NCBI GenBank assembly: GCA_964450725.1
Contig: CAYVGO010000005.1
Span: 5,416-69,415, forward strand
DNA: 64,000 nt
Reading direction: 5' to 3'
DNA from: an uncultured Muribaculaceae bacterium
GTDB taxonomy: Bacteria > Bacteroidota > Bacteroidia > Bacteroidales > UBA932
Each line of letters begins with the position of its first letter. Within the stretch, counting starts at the first letter, position 1. The notes under the pieces were generated by a model, which worked only from the letters and a program-made list of their open reading frames with translations, was not told the origin of the DNA and did no database searches. Below, piece by piece: positions 29,204 through 38,974 of this stretch. Made by a program: the position numbers and the translations under genes.

Positions 29204-29260
29204 AATTAAGGTTACTCAAAACAATTTTGAGTAACCTTAATTAATCTCTTTTGCAAGAGA
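29204..29260 (-). terminator. Two hairpins downstream of the biotin-carrier gene
   Basis: Perfect 18-bp stem AATTAAGGTTACTCAAAA/TTTTGAGTAACCTTAATT with a 3-nt loop (29204-29242), plus TCTCTT-ttgc-AAGAGA (29245-29260). Confidence 0.55.
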
Positions 29261-29266
29261 AAATTT

Positions 29267-29497
29267 TTAAGACGGTTCTACTACAAACAAAATCGTATCT
29301 TTAGGTACTTTGGCATTCACTGTAACACAGACTTCTGCCACTGTTCCGTCAAACGGAGATAAGATTCGATTATGCATTTTCATAGCATCGAATATTGCTA
29401 AAATATCTCCTTTTTTTACTTTATCATTTTGTTTTACATTTATTTCAATAACAGTTCCGGGAATAAATGCTCTTACTTCTTTTGGATTTTTGAACAT
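29267..29497 (-). CDS. Stand-alone biotinyl-domain carrier protein (76 aa)
   Basis: Biotinylation motif FDAMKMHN in a lipoyl/biotinyl fold; begins 20 nt after the carboxyltransferase stop. Confidence 0.8.
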   Translation of the reverse strand: MFKNPKEVRAFIPGTVIEINVKQNDKVKKGDILAIFDAMKMHNRILSPFDGTVAEVCVTVNAKVPKDTILFVVEPS

Positions 29498-29516
29498 AAC
29501 AATTTCTATTTAAGAT

Positions 29517-31061
29517 TTATAAAGGTGGATTTCCGTGCTTTCTACGAGGCATATGTGCATCTTTATTGCCCGATACATCAATAGCATGAATTAAAAACTT
29601 ACGTGTCTCCGAAGGTGATACTACAGAATCTATATATCCTTTTGATGCTGCTACATAAGGATTTGCAAATTCTTTTTTATAAGCTTCTATCCGTGCTTTT
29701 CTTTCTGCTTCAGGGTCAGTTGCTTCCGCAATTTCTTTTCGGAAAATAATATTTGCAGCTCCTTCCGGTCCCATCACAGCAATTTCTGCATGAGGCCAAG
29801 CAAAGACAAAGTCTGCCCGTAAATGTTTTGACCCCATGGCAATGTATCCGCCGCCGTAGGCTTTACGAAGAATAACTGTAATTTTTGGTACCGTAGCTTC
29901 GCTATAAGCATAAAGCACTTTGGCTCCGTGTCTTATTACACCGGCATATTCTTGGTCAACGCCCGGCAAGTATCCGGGTAAATCTTCAAAGGTAACAATA
30001 GGAACATTAAACGCATCACAAAATCTTACAAAACGTGCCAACTTGTCAGCAGAATCACAATCTAAAACCCCGGCTTTGATTAAAGGTTGGTTGGCTACAA
30101 AACCTATTGTTTCTCCTTTTAGTCTTCCAAATCCAATGACTACATTAGCCGCCCATTGTTCTTGTACTTCAAAAAAATCGGAATCATCAACAACAGCTTT
30201 AATTACATCACGTACATCATAAGGAATACGAGGATCTAAAGGAACGATTGTATTGATATCGATATTTGACTTAGGTTCTTTGGCCGGAAATGCTCGTGCT
30301 TTTCGACCGTTATGCCATGGAATAAAGGTAATGAGACGTTTAATTTGTTCAAAACATTCCATTTCACTTTTCGAAAAAAAGTGTGCATTACCTGTAACTT
30401 CGCTATGAATCCTTGCACCTCCAAGCTCTTCTCCATCAACTGTTTCTCCTAATACCGTTTTAATAACCTCCGGTCCGGTGATAAACATTTTTGATATTTT
30501 ATCGACTACAAACACAAAATCGGTGAGTGCGGGAGAATAAACTGCTCCTCCGGCACAAGGTCCTAAAATTACGGATATTTGTGGAATAACGCCACTATTC
30601 AAGGTGTTTCGGAAAAATATTTCACCATAACCGGCTAATGAATTTACTCCTTCTTGGATACGCGCTCCTCCAGAATCGTTGATTCCTATCAATGGCATAC
30701 GCATACGTAAGGCATAATCCATAATTTTGGTAATTTTACGAGCGTGCATTGACCCTAAGGAACCTCCCGCAACCGTAAAATCTTGAGCATAAATAGCTAC
30801 AGGTGAGCCATAAATCATTCCCGTACCAATAATTACACCATCTCCTGCAAGTTTTTTGTCTTGCATATCAAACCCTTTTACATCATGTTCTACAAACATA
30901 TCATATTCATGAAAAGTATCAGGGTCAAGCAACAATAATATCCTTTGTCGGGCTAATAATTTGCCCATTTGCTCCTGCTTTTCTTGTGCCTTTTTTCCTC
31001 CACCTAACTGGACTTCGGCTTTTTTACGTTCTAATTCTTCAAATTTTTTAATTTCTTCCAT
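29517..31061 (-). CDS. Acyl-CoA carboxyltransferase subunit (propionyl-CoA carboxylase beta / methylmalonyl-CoA decarboxylase alpha family)
   Basis: 514 aa; full-length similarity by eye to the carboxyl_trans family (GGARIQEG, ILGPCAGGAVYSPALTDF). Confidence 0.9.
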   Translation of the reverse strand: MEEIKKFEELERKKAEVQLGGGKKAQEKQEQMGKLLARQRILLLLDPDTFHEYDMFVEHDVKGFDMQDKKLAGDGVIIGTGMIYGSPVAIYAQDFTVAGGSLGSMHARKITKIMDYALRMRMPLIGINDSGGARIQEGVNSLAGYGEIFFRNTLNSGVIPQISVILGPCAGGAVYSPALTDFVFVVDKISKMFITGPEVIKTVLGETVDGEELGGARIHSEVTGNAHFFSKSEMECFEQIKRLITFIPWHNGRKARAFPAKEPKSNIDINTIVPLDPRIPYDVRDVIKAVVDDSDFFEVQEQWAANVVIGFGRLKGETIGFVANQPLIKAGVLDCDSADKLARFVRFCDAFNVPIVTFEDLPGYLPGVDQEYAGVIRHGAKVLYAYSEATVPKITVILRKAYGGGYIAMGSKHLRADFVFAWPHAEIAVMGPEGAANIIFRKEIAEATDPEAERKARIEAYKKEFANPYVAASKGYIDSVVSPSETRKFLIHAIDVSGNKDAHMPRRKHGNPPL

Positions 31062-31130
31062 GATTTTTATATTAATTACTTACAGATTAAAAGTTATGAT
31101 TTTAGATAAAATATTACAATATTTTTCTAT

Positions 31131-33164
31131 TTATGTAAGTTTTCGGTTATGATAAATATTTTGTAGTTTCCGTTTAAATACATTTTTTATTATTTCGACA
31201 TCTCTAAAACTAACATCTGATTGAAAATATTGTTTCTCCATCATCTGTTTCTCAATCACTTGTTCTACGATAGTAATAAGTGCTCTCATATTCTTATTTT
31301 CCATAGCCCTTGATGCTGCTTCAATAGCATCTGCCATCATTACAACAACCTCTTCTTTAGTGGTCGGTAAAGGGCCGGGATAAGTAAAATCACTGTCACT
31401 AATAACAGAATCTTGCTGTTTTGCCAAGTTATAAAAATATAAAACCCGGGTTGTTCCATGATGCGACTTTATAAATCTTACAATTTGCGGAGGTAAATTA
31501 TATTGTCGAGCAATTTGCTCTCCATCTTGTACATGTTGTAAGATTTTTTTTGCACTTTCATTATATTCCAAGTTTTGATGAACATTGATACCAATATCTT
31601 GATTTTCAATAAAAAATGTAGGATTATTCATCTTTCCGATATCATGATATAATGCTCCGGCTCTTGCTAACAGCGGATTTCCTCCAATGGCTAAAGTTAC
31701 TGCTTCTGCAAGATTGGCGACTTGCATGGAGTGTTGAAATGTTGCAGGAGCAACTTCTGACAGTTTACGTAGTAATGGATGATTGTTGTCACAAAATTCT
31801 AAAAGTGTATTGTTACCCGAAATACCAAATAACTTTTCAAGAATATATGTAAACGGAAAAATGGCAACAATAAGTATTCCGTTTAGTAGAAAATATAAAT
31901 ATTGTAAATAATCAAGTTGATTAAAGTTTCCATACTTTAGCAGTGATATCAAAGTATAAAAAACAGAATAAAAAATTACCAAAACAACTGCCGTACGATA
32001 AAGTTTATTTCGTAAGTGGATATTTTTTATCAGATGGATTGTCGCAATTCCTGTGGCTAATGTAGTAATAAAATATTCTATTCCGTTAGGTATAAAAATA
32101 CCTAACAATGTACATAATACAATATGAAAATTAAGTGCTACCCGAGCATCGAAAAAAGAACTAATGAAAACAGGGAAAATCATTATTGGAAATACGTAGA
32201 TATTCCAATGGGTAAATCGATGAATAAAAGCGATGGATATAAATGCTGTGAGAAATAAAAGTAATAGAAATAGAACCGATTTAGTTGACAATAAAATATA
32301 TCGATAAAGGCGTAGTAGAAAAAGATAAAAAATGAGCAATACGGCAAGAGTAAGTAACCATTTTGCAACAATAACAACAAATGTATTACCCGTAAATCCG
32401 CTTTGGAGTAAATATTCTTTACTTAACGATTGTAAAATCTGGTGCTTTTGAGGAGTAACAATTTCGCCCTCTTTAACAATTACTTCTCCGGCAGCAATGA
32501 AATTTTTAGTGCGTGCAACATTGTTGAGTGCCTCTGTTCGCTTTCTATCTGTCAATGATTTATCATACATCAAGTTGACAGATAGATAATTAAATATAGA
32601 TACGGCGCTGATTAGGTCTTGGCAGTGAAATTTTGATAATTTATCATTAATGTGGTCATAGGCTGTTTTCTGAGTATATGTACTGTCTATTCGTTGAACA
32701 TAAAGTTGTTGTTTGTCAATAAGATAAAAGTTTTTATTATTGTTAAAATAACTTTCACTTTCTGTATTTAATTGACGTATTCCTTTGTCATAAACATTTT
32801 CCAGTAAACCTGTAATCGTTTTCTTTAATAATTGTAAGGAGTCAAGAGAATATTGTGATTCATATTGTTGAAGTAATTCTTCAAATTTCTGCTGAAAAAT
32901 TCTAATTTGCTTACTTTCTTCTCCTTTTTCATATCGATAAAAAGGAACTACATTGGCTAAACTTCGCTCACAATCGGCTTTATATTCTTGTTCTGTTTTA
33001 TATACAGGAAAATTAAAGGGAGCAACAAGGGTAGGATCTGTCCATGGTCTCCCTTCAGATGGATAAAAGAAAAACTTTTGATCTGTAGGCACCACATAAC
33101 TGATAATGATAGATGCTATCAGAAACAATATTATTTTGTCCGGCTTTATTTTAGGAACTACCAT
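31131..33164 (-). CDS. 7TM receptor with HD/HDIG hydrolase domain (7TMR-HD, PgpH/YqfF-like)
   Basis: 677 aa; extracytoplasmic N-domain, 7 TM block, HDIGK motif. Confidence 0.8.
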   Translation of the reverse strand: MVVPKIKPDKIILFLIASIIISYVVPTDQKFFFYPSEGRPWTDPTLVAPFNFPVYKTEQEYKADCERSLANVVPFYRYEKGEESKQIRIFQQKFEELLQQYESQYSLDSLQLLKKTITGLLENVYDKGIRQLNTESESYFNNNKNFYLIDKQQLYVQRIDSTYTQKTAYDHINDKLSKFHCQDLISAVSIFNYLSVNLMYDKSLTDRKRTEALNNVARTKNFIAAGEVIVKEGEIVTPQKHQILQSLSKEYLLQSGFTGNTFVVIVAKWLLTLAVLLIFYLFLLRLYRYILLSTKSVLFLLLLFLTAFISIAFIHRFTHWNIYVFPIMIFPVFISSFFDARVALNFHIVLCTLLGIFIPNGIEYFITTLATGIATIHLIKNIHLRNKLYRTAVVLVIFYSVFYTLISLLKYGNFNQLDYLQYLYFLLNGILIVAIFPFTYILEKLFGISGNNTLLEFCDNNHPLLRKLSEVAPATFQHSMQVANLAEAVTLAIGGNPLLARAGALYHDIGKMNNPTFFIENQDIGINVHQNLEYNESAKKILQHVQDGEQIARQYNLPPQIVRFIKSHHGTTRVLYFYNLAKQQDSVISDSDFTYPGPLPTTKEEVVVMMADAIEAASRAMENKNMRALITIVEQVIEKQMMEKQYFQSDVSFRDVEIIKNVFKRKLQNIYHNRKLT

Positions 33165-33200
33165 AACTATAAATTACTAATCAAGAAATCTAACTATGAT

Positions 33201-34718
33201 TTAAGATGACAAGGGTAATAAAATAAAAAATGAACTCCCTTTACCAAAAGTACTTTCGACCCAAATTTCTCCGTCCATTTCTTTAATCACTCCTTTTACA
33301 TAACTTAATCCTAATCCAAATCCTTTAATATCATGTTTATTTCCGGTACTTACTCGATAAAATTGTTGAAAAATTTGAGGAATATCTTCTTGTTTTATCC
33401 CTACACCATTGTCTTTTACTTCCAATTTAATTTTTCCTTTTTCATTAGAGGTATAAAATTTTATCGTAGGCTTATCATTACTATATTTTATAGCATTATC
33501 AATAAGGTTTGACAAGACATTAGAAAAATGAACTTCATCAATAAGAATATTTGCTTTTTTAGCATTAAAATAAGTTTCTATTTTTACATCTTTCTGCTCA
33601 ACTTGTATATCAAAAGATTGAATAACATGCAACAAAAGTTTATGCAAGTTCATTTCCTGATAGTGCATCAAAAGTTTACCGTTTTGAGACAATGCAGAAT
33701 GTAAAACTCTTTCTACCAAAAATGAAAGTCGCTTCACTTGAGTATTAATTACTTTCAACTTATGCTCTACCTTAGAAGTTTCAAGTTGGACATTAGGATC
33801 TAATAAAATCTCTGAAGCCAAGGAAATACTTGCAATGGGTGTTTTCAACTCATGCGTAATATTACTCACAAAATTATTGGTAATCTTTACTATTTTTCTT
33901 TGTCTGAAAACTGTAGTAAGGGCAACCGCAAAAACCAAGCCTATTACGCAAAATAAAGCAAGAGACAAAATAATTGCCCAACCCATATTCTGTAAATAAA
34001 AGAACTGAATATGGGGAAATTGTAAAGATAGAAAATAACGTTTAGAAATAGGATCAGATGGGAAAAGAAGCCTTTTTATTGTATTCTTTGAAAAGTCTGT
34101 TTTAGGATCAGAGACAAAGACAGTTTGTCCTGTTTCATCAGCAACTTCAAATTGATAGTCTAACACCATATCCCGAACCACCAACTCTTGCTTGATTAAA
34201 GAATCTATTAATGATAAGGAAATACGTTCTTCAATCTTCAATTCTACTGATACAACTCTTTCTGCAATGTCCTCTACAAATACACGACGAAAACCCAATG
34301 AGTTGTCTACTAAACCGGATTCTCCAAGATTGTTGAGTTGTAGTTTATTTTGTATTTTTAGATTATTGATGGTTTGATTGACATCTTTCCATACACCATC
34401 ACTTCTAACAGATCTTAGTGTTGTGTCATTAATATTTAATGGAAAAATATATTGTTCTTTTTCTATGCTATGTATCCCGCTAAGTGTTTGTTTTTTGTAA
34501 GATTCGATAACATTTGAAGAAGGGTTAACCATCTGGAAAATAAATTCTCTATTTTCCAAATCTGCAATGATTTTATCCAGTAAAGTTCCGGCTGTATTCT
34601 TAAACTCTCGAATTTGAATATCCCGAATACCATATAACCAATATAATTGGAATACTAATAAACAAATTGCAGCAATAGCGGAAAAAACCGAAAGTATATA
34701 AACTTGATACTTTGCCAT
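33201..34718 (-). CDS. Sensor histidine kinase (no cognate response regulator in window)
   Basis: Two TM helices; H-box ITHELKTPI; HATPase N/G boxes (DNAIKY, DNGVGI, GFGLGL). ATG 34718 (MAKYQV) preferred over track TTG 34733. Confidence 0.85.
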   Translation of the reverse strand: MAKYQVYILSVFSAIAAICLLVFQLYWLYGIRDIQIREFKNTAGTLLDKIIADLENREFIFQMVNPSSNVIESYKKQTLSGIHSIEKEQYIFPLNINDTTLRSVRSDGVWKDVNQTINNLKIQNKLQLNNLGESGLVDNSLGFRRVFVEDIAERVVSVELKIEERISLSLIDSLIKQELVVRDMVLDYQFEVADETGQTVFVSDPKTDFSKNTIKRLLFPSDPISKRYFLSLQFPHIQFFYLQNMGWAIILSLALFCVIGLVFAVALTTVFRQRKIVKITNNFVSNITHELKTPIASISLASEILLDPNVQLETSKVEHKLKVINTQVKRLSFLVERVLHSALSQNGKLLMHYQEMNLHKLLLHVIQSFDIQVEQKDVKIETYFNAKKANILIDEVHFSNVLSNLIDNAIKYSNDKPTIKFYTSNEKGKIKLEVKDNGVGIKQEDIPQIFQQFYRVSTGNKHDIKGFGLGLSYVKGVIKEMDGEIWVESTFGKGSSFFILLPLSS

Positions 34719-34738
34719 AATGGCTAACCACAAAAATT

Positions 34739-36061
34739 CTATTCTTTTACGGCTTTGAGTTTTTCATTATACTCTTCAAACTTAGCCTTCATTTCCGGAC
34801 CTTTATTACGAAAACGGAAATAGATATTTTTTAAGGTCTCTAATACTCCAACATTTTTAGGGTTGGCATTTAATACTTTTTCAAGAGGTTCAACTGCTTT
34901 CGAAAAACTCTCATCAGCCAAGGCATCTAATCTATCCATTTCTTTATAGTTATTACGCTCAACTTTGTTGATTTGCTCTATATATCCATCTCCTTGTGTT
35001 AAAAATAAAATTCCTAAGTTATAATAAACATCCATAAAATCAGGTTGTATTTCTAACGCTTTTCGATAAGCGACTTCTGCTTCAGGTATTTTTTTTACCT
35101 GAGCCCACAAATTACCCTCTGCTAAAAAGAGGGACGCATTATTTGGTTCTTGCTTTTGAGCGGCTTGTAAATAAGGAAGAATTTTTTCAGGATTATCATT
35201 GGTGGTAAGATAGTGATTGATTAATCCTATTAAAATCGTTTGATTTGAAGGATTTTTTGTATAACCTTCAATCAATGTTTTTTCTATAACTTCTTTATCC
35301 ATATTTAAATTGGTCATTGCCGTTGCCATATTGGCATATAAATCATCTGCAACATAACCATTTTCTACACAAAACTTCAAGTAATCGTAACCCACTTGAT
35401 AATCTTGAGTGGCAACACCCAAAACACCTGCATAATAAGCATACATATTAACTGTAGTATCAGGAAGCATTACTTCTGGAGAACGACCAATATTACATGC
35501 TGTAGCAAAAAGTTTCTTGGCATTATTATATCGACCGATTTGGTATTCATTCAACCCGGCACTAAAACTTTTTTCGGAAAGTGATTTCATTTGTTCTTTT
35601 AACTTTTTAGTCAATTTTCCTTTTGCATCTAATGTAAATGCTTTTTGATAATTTTCAAATGCTTTTTCGTAAGGTTGTTCTACGATATAATTATTAATTT
35701 CCCAAAACATCAAACGATTATCTTCTCCTATGTAAAGTTTTTTGTGAGGATAAATGATTTTCTTATATTTTTTCTCTCCAATCATTGTATCAACTGTTGC
35801 TGTAGGTTTTCCCATAATCAGTTGTAAGTCGGAGTCTCCCATTCCTACCCAAACTCCGTCTGAAGGTAACTCGGCTATTTCTGCAAATAATTCTCCTCGA
35901 GATTGCCATGTTTTAGGTTCTCCTGATTTTTTAGGGTTAGCAATTGTTTCATCACTTTTACCAATTTTCTTTTTATAAGATTCAATATTGATGCTTCCGC
36001 TTTGTGCAAAAACAGTAATTGCGCTTGTACACAAAAAAATAAATAACAAATTTCGTTTCAT
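34739..36061 (-). CDS. Secreted TPR-repeat protein
   Basis: 440 aa; signal peptide (LFIFLCTSAITVFAQ); TPR-like helices (AEVAYRKALEIQPDFMDVYYNLG). Confidence 0.75.
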   Translation of the reverse strand: MKRNLLFIFLCTSAITVFAQSGSINIESYKKKIGKSDETIANPKKSGEPKTWQSRGELFAEIAELPSDGVWVGMGDSDLQLIMGKPTATVDTMIGEKKYKKIIYPHKKLYIGEDNRLMFWEINNYIVEQPYEKAFENYQKAFTLDAKGKLTKKLKEQMKSLSEKSFSAGLNEYQIGRYNNAKKLFATACNIGRSPEVMLPDTTVNMYAYYAGVLGVATQDYQVGYDYLKFCVENGYVADDLYANMATAMTNLNMDKEVIEKTLIEGYTKNPSNQTILIGLINHYLTTNDNPEKILPYLQAAQKQEPNNASLFLAEGNLWAQVKKIPEAEVAYRKALEIQPDFMDVYYNLGILFLTQGDGYIEQINKVERNNYKEMDRLDALADESFSKAVEPLEKVLNANPKNVGVLETLKNIYFRFRNKGPEMKAKFEEYNEKLKAVKE

Positions 36062-36207
36062 AAGTAAATAATTTTTTAAAACTTAATTCTAATGATTTTA
36101 GTATAGATATTGATTTGAAAATAAAAACTTTTAGTTAGATTTATCGGGATTTATTCTTCTTAAATTAAGATTACCTGTGCTTTTTTATACCTTTTTATTC
36201 AAAATAA

Positions 36208-38718
36208 TTATTCATTATTTTCTTCTACGATAACCTCTTCACTTTCTTTTTCTTCATTCTTCGGCACTACAGCAACAGAAGCTATGGAATCACTACCGCG
36301 TAAACCTATCAAAGATACACCTTGTGTCGCACGACCGGCAATACGAATATCGGAAACTTTACTGCGAATCGTAATACCTGAACGTGTAATAATCATTAAA
36401 TCATTGTCATCAGTAACACTTTTTATAGCGACTAACTTACCGGTTTTTTCCGTAATTTTTAATGTAGTAACACCTTTTCCACCACGGTTAATCACTCGAT
36501 ATTCTTCAAGTTCAGAACGTTTTCCGTAACCATTTTCTGATACTACCAAAATTTCCGTCGGATTTTGAGGGTCAACACAAATCATACCTACAATTTCATC
36601 TTTTTCTCCAATGTTCATTCCTTGTACTCCGGAGGTCGTACGACCTGTCGGCCTTACTTTTTTCTCGTTAAATCTTATGGCTTTACCTTCACGTGCCGCT
36701 AATAAAATTTCATTATTACCGTTAGTCAATTTTGCTTCCAGTAATTGATCTCCTTCTCTGATAATAATAGCACTAACGCCATTTTGGCGAGGACGTGAAT
36801 ATTTTTCCAAAGAAGTTTTTTTGATTATTCCGCGTTGTGTACAAAGTACAATATAGTGATTGTTGATGTAGTCGCTGTCTGTTAATGTTTTAACATTAAT
36901 AAATGCTTTAATCTTATCTTCTGCACTTATGTTGATAAAATTCGACACTTGTCGTCCTTTGGAGTCTTTTGACCCTTCAGGAATTTCATATACTTTCTTC
37001 CAATAACACTTTCCTTGTTCTGTAAAGAATAACAAGGTGTTGTGCATTGATGCAGTAAAAATATGTTCAATAAAATCCTCATCTCGAGTACCACTTCCCT
37101 TTGCTCCTACTCCTCCTCGATTTTGCGTACGATATTCAGTTAATGGTGTCCGCTTAATATATCCGATGTGAGAAATTGTAATTACCATTTCTTCATCTGC
37201 ATAAAAATCCTCAGGATTAAACTCCTCTGCTGTATATTGTATATCGGTTTTACGTTTATCTCCAAATTTTTCTTTTAGATACAATAGCTCATCTTTAATC
37301 ACTTGCATTTGCAAACCTATATCTGCCAATAATTCTTTCAACGAATTAACCAATATTGTTAATTCATTTTTTTCATCTTCTATCTTTTTACGCTCCAAGC
37401 CTGTTAATGCTCGTAAACGCATATCAACAATTGCCCGTGCTTGTATTTCACTTAAAGAAAAGCGATTCTGCAATCTTTCCATTGCAATAACAGGGGTTTC
37501 CGAATTACGAATAATGTTGATAACCTCATCAATATTATCAATAGCAATAAGATAACCTTCCAGAATATGCAATCGTTCTTCTGCTTTACGAAGTTCGTAA
37601 CGAGCCCGACGAACAACTACTTCATGTCTGTGCTTGACAAAATAGTGAATTTGTTCCCGTAAACTTAAAATTTGAGGTCGTCCGTCAACCAAAGCAATAC
37701 TGTTTACTGAAAAACTAAATTGCATTTCAGTATGTTTAAACAAGTGATTTAACACTATGTTGGCTACTGCTTCTTTTTTAAGTTTAATGACTACACGAGT
37801 AGGATTATTTCTATCTGATTCATCATTGACAAATGCAACTCCGTCTATCTTTTTTTCTTCTGCCAATGCCCATATTTTTTCCACTAAGGCTGCCGGACTT
37901 ACAGAATAAGGTAATTCATTAACCACAATCGTTTCGCGTCCTGAGGAAGAGGTTTCAATATCTGTTTTTGCGCGTAAGACAATACGTCCACGACCGGTTT
38001 CATAAGCCTCTTTAATACCTTGAGTGCCATAAATTGTTGCTCCTGTCGGAAAATCCGGACCTTTGATATACTGCATTAACTCATCTACAGTAATATCATT
38101 GTTGTCAATGTATGCCGTAATAGCGTCACAGACTTCTCCAATATTATGAGGTGGCATGTTAGTTGCCATACCCACGGCAATTCCTGAAGTTCCATTGATT
38201 AATAACATAGGAACTTTTGATGGTAATACGGTAGGTTCTTCTAAACTGTCATCAAAGTTTAACCTGAAATCGACCGTTTCTTTTTCCAAATCAAGCAGCG
38301 TTTCTTCGGCAAGTTTACGTAATCTTGCTTCTGTATAACGCATAGCAGCAGGAGAATCTCCATCACGAGAACCAAAGTTTCCTTGCCCTTCTACCAACAT
38401 GTATCGCAAACTCCACCATTGCGCCATTCTAACCATAGTGTCATAGACAGAAGAGTCACCGTGCGGATGATATTTACCTAAAACCTCTCCAACAATTCTT
38501 GCAGATTTTTTATAAGGTTTATTCGACGTTGTTCCTAATTCTGACATACCAAACAACACTCTGCGATGCACGGGCTTTAAGCCATCTCGAACATCGGGTA
38601 ATGCTCTTGAAACGATAACAGACATGGAATAGTCAATGTAAGAGGTTTTCATTTCCTCTTCAATATTAACCTTAATAATTTTTTCTTCAGGTAATTCGTT
38701 ATTATTTTCTATACTCAT
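36208..38718 (-). CDS. gyrA: DNA gyrase subunit A
   Basis: 836 aa; AAMRYTE active-site Tyr motif; KYHPHGD; C-terminal beta-pinwheel repeats. Confidence 0.97.
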   Translation of the reverse strand: MSIENNNELPEEKIIKVNIEEEMKTSYIDYSMSVIVSRALPDVRDGLKPVHRRVLFGMSELGTTSNKPYKKSARIVGEVLGKYHPHGDSSVYDTMVRMAQWWSLRYMLVEGQGNFGSRDGDSPAAMRYTEARLRKLAEETLLDLEKETVDFRLNFDDSLEEPTVLPSKVPMLLINGTSGIAVGMATNMPPHNIGEVCDAITAYIDNNDITVDELMQYIKGPDFPTGATIYGTQGIKEAYETGRGRIVLRAKTDIETSSSGRETIVVNELPYSVSPAALVEKIWALAEEKKIDGVAFVNDESDRNNPTRVVIKLKKEAVANIVLNHLFKHTEMQFSFSVNSIALVDGRPQILSLREQIHYFVKHRHEVVVRRARYELRKAEERLHILEGYLIAIDNIDEVINIIRNSETPVIAMERLQNRFSLSEIQARAIVDMRLRALTGLERKKIEDEKNELTILVNSLKELLADIGLQMQVIKDELLYLKEKFGDKRKTDIQYTAEEFNPEDFYADEEMVITISHIGYIKRTPLTEYRTQNRGGVGAKGSGTRDEDFIEHIFTASMHNTLLFFTEQGKCYWKKVYEIPEGSKDSKGRQVSNFINISAEDKIKAFINVKTLTDSDYINNHYIVLCTQRGIIKKTSLEKYSRPRQNGVSAIIIREGDQLLEAKLTNGNNEILLAAREGKAIRFNEKKVRPTGRTTSGVQGMNIGEKDEIVGMICVDPQNPTEILVVSENGYGKRSELEEYRVINRGGKGVTTLKITEKTGKLVAIKSVTDDNDLMIITRSGITIRSKVSDIRIAGRATQGVSLIGLRGSDSIASVAVVPKNEEKESEEVIVEENNE

Positions 38719-38742
38719 CTAAGTTCGCTCTAAAATTATTTA

Positions 38743-38750
38743 CAAAGGTA
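38743..38750 (-). promoter_or_regulatory. Candidate -7 box TACCTTTG for gyrA
   Basis: Plus strand reads CAAAGGTA; 24 nt upstream of ATG 38718. Confidence 0.5.
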
Positions 38751-38909
38751 ATGATAATTCTCAGACCTTTAAAATCTATGGTTTTATAATTTCTCAAAAC
38801 CCAATTCATTTAATTATTTTTAAGAGACAAAATTGACTGTATTTGCTGCTTGAATTAAAGTTATCTTTGCCACTTTGCTGGAATGTATTGTGTCAATCAA
38901 AGGCAAAAA

Positions 38910-38941
38910 GGGTCAGACTGATTTGAAATTCAATCTGACCC
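38910..38941 (-). terminator. Rho-independent terminator ending the PUL transcript
   Basis: GGGTCAGA-N16-TCTGACCC, followed on the minus strand by CTTTTTGCC. Confidence 0.6.
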
Positions 38942-38974
38942 TATGGGAGTCGTTCTTTGATTGTTTTTTATTTA

